A stretch of 64,000 nucleotides of DNA. Origin: an uncultured Bacteroidia bacterium. Lineage in GTDB: Bacteria; Bacteroidota; Bacteroidia; NS11-12g; UBA955. The translations under genes were made by a program, and so were the position numbers. The notes below the pieces were generated by a model, which saw only the letters and a program-made list of their open reading frames with translations, did no database searches and was not told the DNA's origin. The DNA is taken from NCBI GenBank assembly GCA_938086785.1, contig CALKCM010000005.1, forward strand, positions 501 to 64,500, read 5' to 3'. Below are positions 19,700-29,425 of this stretch, piece by piece (the first letter of the stretch is position 1; each line of letters opens with the position of its first letter).

Positions 19700-20927
19700 G
19701 CAGTGGTATCTCATACTTGCCAACAAATTTAGTGCAAATAAAGCAAAAAGCTTTTCTAAGTCAATAACTAAGCTGGCCATTATAACTGTGTCTCTTTCAG
19801 TGGCAATAATGCTGCTTAGTATATCTATTGTAACAGAATTTCAAAGGGCTATAAAATCAAAAATTATAGGTTTAAGCGGCGATATTTTAATAGAAAGCAT
19901 GGCTAATGTTCAGAACGGAGAACAGGAAATTCTCAATGATTCTGTTGCTCAGGAACTCAAGTTTGTAAGGCAAATGAGCAATGTAAAGATCGCCAGCTTT
20001 GCATTAAACAAACCATGTATAGTTAAGGGAGAAGTGGAAATTGAAGGTTTGGTTGCTCGAGCAGTTGATGAAGACTACCCATTTGAATTCGTCAAAGAGT
20101 TTATCACGGAAGGGAGGATACCCAACTTTAAGGAGAATAGCAATGAAGTCATTATTAGCTCTATTACCGCTTCTAAAGTAAACCTTAAGTTAAATGACAA
20201 AATGGTCATGATGTTTTTTAAAAATGACGAAGCGGGTACTCGAGCTAAAGCAATAAATCCAAAAATCGTGGGCATTTTTAACACGGGCATCAGCGAATAC
20301 GATAATCATACCTTATATACGAGCAAGGAAGCCCTTCAAAGAGTGCTGAATCCGAATGAATATTTTTCGCAAATGGAGGTGTTTTTGAAAGAAGGAGTTG
20401 CGTCAGATCTGGCGGTTTCATCTATCCAAGCAACTGTGGATCCGGCCATGTTCCAGGTTAGATCTGCAAAAGAGTACAATTGGCAAATCTTTGAATGGTT
20501 GAAAATTTTAGACACAAATGTTTGGGTGATTATTGCCATCATGGTGCTTGTAGCTTCAATAACGATGTGCACTACTGTATTAATTCTAATAACAGAAAAA
20601 ACCAATACCATCGGAATGTTGAAGGCCATGGGAGCAACCAATGGAGAAATGCAACGTCTTTTTCTGGTGCAGGCTTCAAAAATTGCCATATATGGGTTGC
20701 TTTTTGGAAACCTTTTGGCCTTTCTTTTGGGGTATTTACAAACTAAAACTAAATTCATTAAGTTGGATGCTGAAACATATTATCTTGATCACGTTGTTTT
20801 ACATTTTAAATTAAATCATGTAATTCTGATTAATGTATTTTCAATTGTTTTAATAATCCTTATCATGATGATTCCAGTGTCTATAATTTCTAAATTAAAT
20901 CCCATAAAGAGCATTCGATTTAATTGA
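19698..20927 (+). CDS. FtsX-like ABC transporter permease (LolC/E family)
   Basis: N-terminal TM helix, large periplasmic MacB-like domain and a C-terminal FtsX 3-TM bundle, 409 aa in total. The N-terminus aligns with typical LolE-like starts. Confidence 0.8.
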   Translation: MQWYLILANKFSANKAKSFSKSITKLAIITVSLSVAIMLLSISIVTEFQRAIKSKIIGLSGDILIESMANVQNGEQEILNDSVAQELKFVRQMSNVKIASFALNKPCIVKGEVEIEGLVARAVDEDYPFEFVKEFITEGRIPNFKENSNEVIISSITASKVNLKLNDKMVMMFFKNDEAGTRAKAINPKIVGIFNTGISEYDNHTLYTSKEALQRVLNPNEYFSQMEVFLKEGVASDLAVSSIQATVDPAMFQVRSAKEYNWQIFEWLKILDTNVWVIIAIMVLVASITMCTTVLILITEKTNTIGMLKAMGATNGEMQRLFLVQASKIAIYGLLFGNLLAFLLGYLQTKTKFIKLDAETYYLDHVVLHFKLNHVILINVFSIVLIILIMMIPVSIISKLNPIKSIRFN

Positions 20928-20963
20928 AATGCCTATCTTCGCACTTGAATAATTAAAGAATAT

Positions 20964-21230
20964 ATGGCTTCAAAAATCAGCTCTTTAGCACGAATTTTTT
21001 CACTATTATCAATCGTTTCAGCAATAGCTATTCTTATTTGGGATGCCGTAAAAGGGTGTACCTGCCATTGCTACTGGGTATTTGCTTTACTACTTGCAGG
21101 CTCTGTTGTATTGTTTGTAATTTGGTTAAACGATATGATTGGAAGCGATAATAAAGAAAATAAGCGTATTTACGATGAGATAAGTAATTCCGGTGGTTAC
21201 AAAGCTCCTTCAAAATCAAAAAAACAGTAA
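20964..21230 (+). CDS. small two-TM membrane protein, unknown function
   Basis: 88-aa ORF with two hydrophobic helices, a CTCHC cluster and a Lys-rich tail. I recognise no homology. Confidence 0.3.
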   Translation: MASKISSLARIFSLLSIVSAIAILIWDAVKGCTCHCYWVFALLLAGSVVLFVIWLNDMIGSDNKENKRIYDEISNSGGYKAPSKSKKQ

Positions 21231-21546
21231 TTGCTGCGTCTGTAGCTAAATAGTACGTTTTTTAGTTAAAAAACAATAAATTGGAAAAAGCAATGAGGAA
21301 ATTGCAGAAAAAAATGTCCTCTCTTCCAACTATTTTTTGGTTTATTCATTGGCCTAAATTTTAGAGGTCACAATACGTTTCATTATAACCCTTTCCGATT
21401 AAGCCCTTTCCTTAACGCTCAGAATTGATCTTTTAAAAGTATGCGTCTGGGGGACTTAATAAAACTTTGCAGGGAGAGTGGAGTCTGATGAATACATTGG
21501 ATTGGAACTACACTAAAATATAATAATCAGTTGCCTTTAGTTTTAT

Positions 21547-21579
21547 AAAAAAAAAGACTGCAATAAGCAGCCTTTTTTT
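21547..21579. terminator. intrinsic terminator downstream of gyrB (A-run/hairpin/T-run, potentially bidirectional)
   Basis: AAAAAGACTGC-AATAA-GCAGCCTTTTT stem-loop with one mismatch, about 20 nt past the gyrB stop on the minus strand. Confidence 0.5.
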
Positions 21580-21599
21580 ATTTGGATTTGCATTTTTTA

Positions 21600-23549
21600 T
21601 TAAACGTCTATATTGGCAAACTTTGCATGTGTTTCAATAAACTCTCTTCTTGGTGCGACTTCATCGCCCATAAGCATGCTAAAAACTCGATCTGCTTCAA
21701 CCGCATGATCGAGCGTTACTCGTTTCAATGTTCTTCGTGTAGGATCCATGGTCGTTTCCCAAAGTTGCTCCGCGTTCATCTCGCCCAACCCCTTGTATCG
21801 TTGAATATTTACACTTTCCTCTTTTCCTTTTCCAGCAATTTCCTTAACTGCAATGTCTCTATCTTCATCCGACCAGCAATATCTTAACTTGCTTCCCTTT
21901 TTTACGAGGTAAAGGGGAGGAGTAGCAATATACAGGTATCCATTTTCAATAAGTTTTTTCATATGGCGGAAGAATAGGGTAAGAATTAATGTTCTAATAT
22001 GCGAACCATCCACATCTGCATCCGTCATAATAACCACTTTATGATATCGGAGTTTTTCTAGGTTTAATTCTTTAACGCCTTCCTCATTGTGAGCAATATG
22101 AACCCCAAGGGCGGTGAACATATTTCGAATTTCTTCATTATCATAAATTTTGTGCTCCAAGGCTTTCTCTACATTTAAAATTTTACCACGAAGGGGTAAA
22201 ATCGCTTGAAACTCTCGATCTCTTCCTTGTTTTGCTGTTCCTCCGGCCGAGTCTCCCTCAACCAAAAACACTTCACAAACAGTAGGATCTGTCTTCGAAC
22301 AATCACTTAATTTCCCTGGCAGTCCCATGCTACTCATAGCACCTTTTCTTTGGACAATGTCTCTCGCTTTTCTAGCAGCGGCTCTTGCTTGAGCTGCCAG
22401 TAAAACTTTGTCTACAATCATTTTAGCTTGCTTAGGATTTTCCTGCAAGTAATTGTCTAACATTTCGCCAACAGTGGTGTCAACGGCACCCATAACCTCA
22501 CTATTCCCCAATTTAGTTTTGGTTTGCCCTTCAAATTGAGGTTCTGCCACTTTAACGGATAAAACGCAGGTTAAGCCTTCTCTAAAATCTTCTCCAGAGA
22601 CCTCTACTTTGGCTTTCTCCAGCATTTTATTCTTTTCTGCATAGCTTTTAAGCGTTCTAGTTAAAGCTCTTCTGAAACCGGAAATATGCGTTCCACCTTC
22701 AATGGTGTTAATATTATTTACATAAGAGTGGATATTTTCGGCATATCCAGAATTATACTGAAATGCTATTTCTACAGGAGTTCCTGACTTTTCGCTTTCT
22801 ACATAAATAGGCTCTGGTAAAAAGGACTCGCGAGTACCATCAATGTATTTAACAAATTCTTTAAGGCCTCCCTCACTGTGAAATTCTTCCTTAATATTAT
22901 TTCCATCTTCATCCTGCTCTCTCTCATCTTCTAGGCTAATTCGGATTCCTTTATTTAAGAAACTCAATTCACGCATTCTATTTTCTAAAATACTGAAGGT
23001 AAATTCTGTAACAATAAAGATGCTATCATCGGGTTGAAACTCAACCACAGTTCCTCTTTTATCTGTAGTTCCTACTTCTTTTACTGGGTATTGAGGGATT
23101 CCAATTTTGTATTCTTGCTGATACAATTTACCATCTCTGTGAACATTTACTTTTAAATCTTTGGACAATGCGTTTACACAACTTACACCAACACCGTGGA
23201 GACCCCCGGATACTTTATATGTATCTTTATCGAATTTACCCCCGGCATGCAGTACAGTCATTACGACTTCTAATGCACTTCTATTTTCCTTTGCATGATG
23301 TCCAACAGGAATTCCTCGACCATCATCTGTTACACGGATACCATTTCCTTTGGTTATGGCCACCTGAATATTTTGACAATGGCCCGCTAAAGCCTCATCA
23401 ATACTATTATCTACCACCTCATAAACCAAATGATGCAGGCCTTTTTGGCCTATATCTCCAATATACATGGCCGGCCTTTTTCTCACCGCTTCTAAACCTT
23501 CCAGAACCTGTATATTATCTGCTCCGTAGTTACTTTTATTTTCTGCCAT
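21600..23549 (-). CDS. gyrB: DNA gyrase subunit B
   Basis: GHKL ATPase, TOPRIM and tail motifs (YGADNIQVLEGLEAVRKRPAMYIG, EGDSAGG, PLRGKILNV, DADVDGSHI). Confidence 0.97.
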   Translation of the reverse strand: MAENKSNYGADNIQVLEGLEAVRKRPAMYIGDIGQKGLHHLVYEVVDNSIDEALAGHCQNIQVAITKGNGIRVTDDGRGIPVGHHAKENRSALEVVMTVLHAGGKFDKDTYKVSGGLHGVGVSCVNALSKDLKVNVHRDGKLYQQEYKIGIPQYPVKEVGTTDKRGTVVEFQPDDSIFIVTEFTFSILENRMRELSFLNKGIRISLEDEREQDEDGNNIKEEFHSEGGLKEFVKYIDGTRESFLPEPIYVESEKSGTPVEIAFQYNSGYAENIHSYVNNINTIEGGTHISGFRRALTRTLKSYAEKNKMLEKAKVEVSGEDFREGLTCVLSVKVAEPQFEGQTKTKLGNSEVMGAVDTTVGEMLDNYLQENPKQAKMIVDKVLLAAQARAAARKARDIVQRKGAMSSMGLPGKLSDCSKTDPTVCEVFLVEGDSAGGTAKQGRDREFQAILPLRGKILNVEKALEHKIYDNEEIRNMFTALGVHIAHNEEGVKELNLEKLRYHKVVIMTDADVDGSHIRTLILTLFFRHMKKLIENGYLYIATPPLYLVKKGSKLRYCWSDEDRDIAVKEIAGKGKEESVNIQRYKGLGEMNAEQLWETTMDPTRRTLKRVTLDHAVEADRVFSMLMGDEVAPRREFIETHAKFANIDV

Positions 23550-23698
23550 TTATGTTCTTTATTTACCTTGTAAATATAGGCAAAACAGCAAGGCTCAAAC
23601 CCTTGTTTTTTTTGTGTTTGTCCACATTTTATCCTTAGAAAAATATGATCATGTATACTTATAGTATTGAGTTTTTACTATAATTTAGCCGATTATTT

Positions 23699-25498
23699 AT
23701 GAAAAATCAGGTCAATTATAACTCTGCGCTTTATACACTAATTACGGTGTTCTTCTTTTGGGGCTTTATTGCTGCGGGAAACAGTGTTTTCATTCCTTTT
23801 TGCAAGGGATATTTTAGTTTGGATCAATTTCAAAGCCAATTGGTGGATTTCGCCTTTTATATGGCTTACTATCTTGGTGCGCTTATACTCTTAATCTATG
23901 GAACCTTAGCAAAAAAAGACTTGGTAGGTACTTGGGGTTATAAAAAAAGTATCATTTATGGTTTGCTCTTTTCTGCCTTGGGCGCTTTAGTAATGATTTT
24001 AGCAGTAAATGGTCAAACATTTGCTGGAATGCTAGCAGGGCTATTCATTGTGGCTCTAGGTTTCTCCCTTCAACAGACAGGTGCTCAGCCTTTTGTGATT
24101 TCATTGGGGAAGCCAGAAACCGGTAATGCACGTGTAAACTTAGGAGGCGGAATTAACTCTTTGGGAACTACCATTGGCCCCTTAGTAGTTGCTTTAGCCT
24201 TATTTGGATCCGTTAGTGCGGTTTGTGATGACCAGATTAGTGCTTTGCCATTAAATAAAGTAATCATTCTTTATACCTGTGTAGGTTTATTATTTGTAGC
24301 AGCGGCCTTGCTTTTTGCTTTTTCAAAAAAAGTACCTGCTGGTATTAATACTGAGAAACCTGAAGGAGCCGTGAAGGCCTTAAGAAGTCTTTTGGTTCTG
24401 ACCGGCCTTTTGATTATGGCCTTTGTTCCTGTTTTTTCTAGTTACCAAGGAAAAACAATTGATAAAATAGAAGCTATCAAATCTACTTTTACCGAAGAGA
24501 GCAAACAGATTTCAGGCTTAGAGTGCCAGCTATTAGAAAGCTCGGAAGAAGAGAAGGTGAGTATTAATGAAAGAATTGCTAGCATTAAGGAAACGATAAG
24601 TTTAAAGCAAATAGAAATAGACAAACTTACTAAACCATTAGAACGTAAACGATTGATGTGGTTGATTTTAGCTTTGGCTGTGGTGGTAGTTGGCTTACCA
24701 ATAGTAAACCGAATTGCACAAAAGAAGAAAGAAGGTTGGGGAGCTATGCAATATCCACAATTGGTTTTAGGCATGTTAGCCATTTTTGTATATGTTGGAG
24801 TGGAAGTAGCCATTGGAAGTAATTTAGGTGAATTATTAAAGCAACCCGAATTTGGGAGTTATACTTCATCAGAAATTGCCCCATTTATTGCGATGTACTG
24901 GGGGAGTTTAATGATTGGAAGATGGACTGGTGCAGTTGCCGCTTTTGATTTAAGTCCTAAGAAAAAAGTCCTATTTAAATTTCTTACTCCTTTAATCGCA
25001 TTTGCTATTGTACTTTTATTTACCCGTTTAGCTGGGCATAATATTCAGCATCTTCTATGGTACGTTCTGTGCGTAGTGCTGCAAATGCTTACAGCCTATT
25101 TTTCTAAAGATAAGCCTGCCAAAACTCTTTTGTATTTTGGAATTTTTGGAATCTTGGCCATGATTGTTGGAATGGCAACTACGGGTTTGCCTGCCATATA
25201 TGCATTTATGTGTGGTGGATTGGCTTGCTCCATCATGTGGCCTTCTATTTTTACATTGTCTATAGCGGGTTTAGGGAAGTATACCTCACAAGGGGCGGCT
25301 TTTTTAATTATGATGATTTTAGGTGGAGGTATTATTCCTCCCATTCAAGGTAAACTGGCAGATGTGTTGGGAATACATCAATCATTCTTAATTCCAGTAA
25401 TATGCTTTATGTATTTAGCGGTATTTGCTCTTTTGGTTAAGAGAATACTTCAGAAGCAAGGAGTTGACTTAGATTCTACAGCAGAAGTAGCTCACTAA
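23699..25498 (+). CDS. FucP/GluP-type MFS sugar:H+ symporter, unusually long at 599 aa
   Basis: N-terminal FFFWGFIAAGNSVFIP, mid-protein QYPQLVLGMLAIFVYVGVEV, and C-terminal IMWPSIFTLSI are typical of the glucose/galactose/fucose permease family. See the finding on its insertion. Confidence 0.85.
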   Translation: MKNQVNYNSALYTLITVFFFWGFIAAGNSVFIPFCKGYFSLDQFQSQLVDFAFYMAYYLGALILLIYGTLAKKDLVGTWGYKKSIIYGLLFSALGALVMILAVNGQTFAGMLAGLFIVALGFSLQQTGAQPFVISLGKPETGNARVNLGGGINSLGTTIGPLVVALALFGSVSAVCDDQISALPLNKVIILYTCVGLLFVAAALLFAFSKKVPAGINTEKPEGAVKALRSLLVLTGLLIMAFVPVFSSYQGKTIDKIEAIKSTFTEESKQISGLECQLLESSEEEKVSINERIASIKETISLKQIEIDKLTKPLERKRLMWLILALAVVVVGLPIVNRIAQKKKEGWGAMQYPQLVLGMLAIFVYVGVEVAIGSNLGELLKQPEFGSYTSSEIAPFIAMYWGSLMIGRWTGAVAAFDLSPKKKVLFKFLTPLIAFAIVLLFTRLAGHNIQHLLWYVLCVVLQMLTAYFSKDKPAKTLLYFGIFGILAMIVGMATTGLPAIYAFMCGGLACSIMWPSIFTLSIAGLGKYTSQGAAFLIMMILGGGIIPPIQGKLADVLGIHQSFLIPVICFMYLAVFALLVKRILQKQGVDLDSTAEVAH

Positions 25499-25568
25499 AA
25501 GAAGGGGAGTAACTGAAGCTTTTCTTGATTTTTGGGGGCAATGAAGAGCTTCTATCAAAAATATCTAA

Positions 25569-25946
25569 ATCCAAGTATTTTTAATTAACTTTTTTCTTGG
25601 TGTTGCTTCTAAGCTTGTTTCAGCCCGAATATTTACGAAAGGTATTGCATCCGTTTATTATCTTATGGCTACTGGCTTATTTTATTGTATCATGTGGCCT
25701 TTCATATTCTCTTTGAGCATTACTGGGCTTAAAGAGTATACCAATCAAGGATCATCCTTATTAATTATAATGATTGCTGGTGGAGCAGTTTTCCCTATTC
25801 TACAAGGAGCTTTAGCCAATCAGTTAGGTATTCAATTTAGTTATTGGTTGCCATTTATAGGCTTTGTTTATCTGGCTTATTTTGGTTTTGCACTAAAGAA
25901 CACACTTCTAAAGCAAGGAATCAATTTTGATGGAGAATCTAAATAA
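25569..25946 (+). pseudogene. C-terminal remnant (last ~3 TM helices) of a second FucP/GluP-type MFS transporter
   Basis: The frame is open from 25569, with an ATG at 25665. By eye, roughly half of the residues match the C-terminus of the upstream transporter (IMWPFIFSLSITGL..YTNQG..GG..P..QG.LA..LGI...KQGINFD). No N-terminal two-thirds is present upstream. Confidence 0.6.
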
Positions 25947-26503
25947 TAAATTTAGATACAACGATTACTAAATCAAACATTTATGCAGATGTTTAAATAA
26001 TTCTAACCTATTTCTATGACTTTGGCCTGACTTTTGTTTCATTTACTATAATTCATTATGTCGCTGCACTCAACATGATAAATTAGTACCATTCATAAAA
26101 AGTGCTGGGCATAGAAATTAAAAACCACCTTTATAGAAAATAGAATCATGGAATACTTCACTAATTTAAAAAGACCCATACTGATTAGAGCTGCTTTTTT
26201 TATCATCATCTTTTTTATTTTTTGGACGAGCTTATTTGTCTGGGCTTATAGTCTTTAAATGCTTTTTGTATAATTGAACTCTTACTTTTGTGTAAGTTCA
26301 TTTATATTATATAGCGTACATCTTAATCTATTCGCAAATCTTCTTTTAGGCTTTACCTCAGTCATATTTGGTTCAACTGTGCCAGTATTATACCTTTACA
26401 GAATGATAGAAGTTCTGGCTTTTTGTAAATACCAAATGGCATGGGTTGAAATGGCTTACCTAGCAGAAAATAGTGCAGACGACCAGTATATCTCGGATTG
26501 ATT

Positions 26504-29425
26504 ATGAAGTGCCTTACTCTCTTACTTTTTTCTTTTTCATCCATAGTTTTTGCGCAATCCTCAGAAAAACAACTCAGTACTTATATAAATCCCTTCATTG
26601 GGACAGGAGGCCATGGACATACATTCCCTGGAGCAACGCGTCCTTTCTCGATGGTACAACTTAGTCCGGATACTCGAATTGACGGTTCTTGGGATGGCTG
26701 CAGTGGATATCATTACAGTGACTCTATCATTTTTGGGTTCAGCCATACGCATCTAAGTGGTACAGGGGTTAGTGATTATGGAGATATTGCATTTATGCCA
26801 AAATTAGTTGCAAAACCCGCAGAGACTCCGAGCCTTGATATGGATTTCAATACGGTGTTTTCACATAAAAGTGAAAAAGCCAGTGCTGGATATTATTCGG
26901 TGGATTTAGAAAGCGGTGTGAAAGTAGAGCTTTCCAGTACACAAAGGGTTGGGATTCAAAAATATACAGCCATACGAAAGGGTTTTTTATGGATTAAGCT
27001 CGATTTAAAACATCGTGATTTTCTCTTGGATGGGCGCATTAACATTATTAATAAGCGTTCGCTGAATGGTTTAAGGAATAGCAAAGCCTGGGCCGAGTGT
27101 CAAAAAGTCTACTATCACACAGAAATAAGCAAGCCGTATGTAGAAAAATTCATTTTTAAGGATTCCTCGGGTCAACATAGACTCATTTTAGGTTATATGG
27201 TTAAGGCAGGGGAGAGCATCCTCATTAAAACAGGCCTTAGCTCTGTAGATGAGGCAGGAGCTTTGGCAAATCTGAACTCAGAAATGCCTCATTGGGATTT
27301 TGAACGTGTAAAAACTGAATCCAAGAAGACTTGGGAGGATAAAATGAGTAAAATTATCATTTATATTCCTAATGATACGCTTAAGTATAACTTCTATACA
27401 GCTCTTTACCATAGCATGATCCACCCATCGGTATTAAACGATGTTACGGGTAAATACAGAGGAAGAGATGATAATATTCATACTGTTGATTGGGGTGGAG
27501 ATTACTATACTGTTTTCTCACTATGGGATACATACAGAGCATTACACCCTTTGTTAAACCTCATAGAGCCCAAAGTTAGCCTCGATTTTATGCATACTTT
27601 CCTGGCTCAAAGCAAGGCCAGCAAAAGACTACCTATGTGGGAATTGTGGAGTAACGAAACGAATTGTATGATTGGAATGCACAGCATTCCAGTTATTCTT
27701 AACACGTATTATTCTAAAAATATGGACTTAGAGCTATTGGAAAAACTCTATGATGCTTGTGTATATGAGATTAAAACTCAAAGGTCTGATTTTAAAAAGT
27801 ATATGAAAAAGGGGTACTTGGAAGTGCAAGATGAAAGCGAGAGTGTAAGTAAAACAGTAGAGTTTAGTTATGATTTCTATTGCTTGATGAAAATGGCAGA
27901 AATTCTTAAAAAGAAGGAGGATGAAAAAAGATGGGAGGGATATGCCACAGGTTTCATGCAGCTTTACAATCCGGTATCTGGCTTTTTACAAGCGAGAAAA
28001 AATGGGCAGTGGTTACCAAACTTTGATCCATACCAGGTAAATAATCATCATACAGAGGCCAATGCCTGGCAGTATTCTCTTCCGCAGCATGCAGAAGCTA
28101 TGAGTTGGGGAAGTTCAAAAGAAATATTCCTCTTGGATTCTATATTTAAAGCTAAAATGAACACCAGTGGAAGAACACAAGCAGATATAACTGGACTTAT
28201 AGGACAATACGCACATGGAAATGAGCCAAGCCACCATTATTTATATGAATATGCAACGAAAAAGCCTCAAGTGGGAGCAAATCTTCTTAAGCAGGTAAAA
28301 GATCAGTTTTATCTTAATCAGCCTCATGGACTTATTGGGAATGAGGACTGCGGTCAAATGAGTTCTTGGTATGTATTTAGCACCTTGGGGTTTTATCCCA
28401 GACCACATAGCAAGTCTTTTTTATATGGTCATTTCGAACTCGACTCTTCGCAAGTTCAAACTGCAGAGGGGAGTATCACTATTTATAGAAATAGTGAGTC
28501 TGCAAGTGTAAAAAACACTATCCAAGCGATAAAACAGGCGAAGGGAAAAGACTCTGGCTATATAAAGTGGATCGATGTTCACTCGGTATCGATGGATGAT
28601 TTATTAGGGAAAGAAAAACATGCCTTTTGTGTATTTAAGAAAAGCTTAGTAAAGAGTCCATTAAATGATAGAATTACACAAGTGAAACAATACCCCAAGG
28701 CACCTATTGCAGTACCTAAAATAAATGGCGTCATTCTCCAATCTATTGATGATGCAGAGAATCCTTCCCAGATAGAATACTTGCTGGTAGACAGTCTTTT
28801 AAATAAAAACCCTCAAGCCTTTGGTGGAAAGAGGTATATTCTTGATAATCGTATATATGTTCCAGATGATTCATATCTCTATGCCTGGGAAAGAACATTA
28901 TCTGATAGTACAGGAGCCATTCCTTATGCGATGTATTGGCAAAAGCCACAGCCACATCCTTATGAAGTGGTTTACCATTGCAGTTTAAACTCCCAATATA
29001 CAGGCGGTGGCAATAAAGCTTTGGTAGATAAAGTGTTGGGAGACTTGGATTGGCGAAAGGGAAACTGGCAGGGAGTTCAAGGTCAGGATTTTGAATGTGT
29101 GGTAGATTTAATAAACAAGAGAAGAATCCAATCAGTGGGAATTCATGCACTACAGGATACCAGAAGTTGGATATTTTACCCTAAACAAGTCCAATTCTTT
29201 GTGAGCAAGGATGGGCAGAACTTTACTGCTTTAAATTCCATACAAAATACAATCAGTGAATTGCTAGATACCACCAGTGTTCAATGGTTTCAAAATACTT
29301 TAGATGCAAGAGCAAAGTATCGATACATAAAGGTGGTTGCTAAGAATTATGGTAAGCTTCCTAACTGGCATCCTGGAAAAGGGGAGAATGCTTTTATATT
29401 TGTAGATGAAATAGAGGTGAGATGA
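26504..29425 (+). CDS. GH92 family alpha-mannosidase with a C-terminal F5/8 type C (discoidin)-like domain
   Basis: Signal peptide present. GH92 N-terminal signature (INPFIGTGGHGHTFPGATRPFSMVQLSPDT) and catalytic-region motifs (YAHGNEPSHH, GNEDCGQMSSWYV). An extra ~200-aa C-terminal beta-sandwich follows. Confidence 0.9.
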   Translation: MKCLTLLLFSFSSIVFAQSSEKQLSTYINPFIGTGGHGHTFPGATRPFSMVQLSPDTRIDGSWDGCSGYHYSDSIIFGFSHTHLSGTGVSDYGDIAFMPKLVAKPAETPSLDMDFNTVFSHKSEKASAGYYSVDLESGVKVELSSTQRVGIQKYTAIRKGFLWIKLDLKHRDFLLDGRINIINKRSLNGLRNSKAWAECQKVYYHTEISKPYVEKFIFKDSSGQHRLILGYMVKAGESILIKTGLSSVDEAGALANLNSEMPHWDFERVKTESKKTWEDKMSKIIIYIPNDTLKYNFYTALYHSMIHPSVLNDVTGKYRGRDDNIHTVDWGGDYYTVFSLWDTYRALHPLLNLIEPKVSLDFMHTFLAQSKASKRLPMWELWSNETNCMIGMHSIPVILNTYYSKNMDLELLEKLYDACVYEIKTQRSDFKKYMKKGYLEVQDESESVSKTVEFSYDFYCLMKMAEILKKKEDEKRWEGYATGFMQLYNPVSGFLQARKNGQWLPNFDPYQVNNHHTEANAWQYSLPQHAEAMSWGSSKEIFLLDSIFKAKMNTSGRTQADITGLIGQYAHGNEPSHHYLYEYATKKPQVGANLLKQVKDQFYLNQPHGLIGNEDCGQMSSWYVFSTLGFYPRPHSKSFLYGHFELDSSQVQTAEGSITIYRNSESASVKNTIQAIKQAKGKDSGYIKWIDVHSVSMDDLLGKEKHAFCVFKKSLVKSPLNDRITQVKQYPKAPIAVPKINGVILQSIDDAENPSQIEYLLVDSLLNKNPQAFGGKRYILDNRIYVPDDSYLYAWERTLSDSTGAIPYAMYWQKPQPHPYEVVYHCSLNSQYTGGGNKALVDKVLGDLDWRKGNWQGVQGQDFECVVDLINKRRIQSVGIHALQDTRSWIFYPKQVQFFVSKDGQNFTALNSIQNTISELLDTTSVQWFQNTLDARAKYRYIKVVAKNYGKLPNWHPGKGENAFIFVDEIEVR

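Noticed and set aside
23168-23638. 156-aa plus-strand ORF antisense to the gyrB 5' end
   Set aside because: It overlaps the highly conserved GyrB ATPase domain and reads as junk-like His/Tyr/Leu-rich sequence.
26274-26664. Short ORFs (60-75 aa) just upstream of and overlapping the GH92 start
   Set aside because: They overlap one another and the GH92 signal-peptide region and show no coding features.
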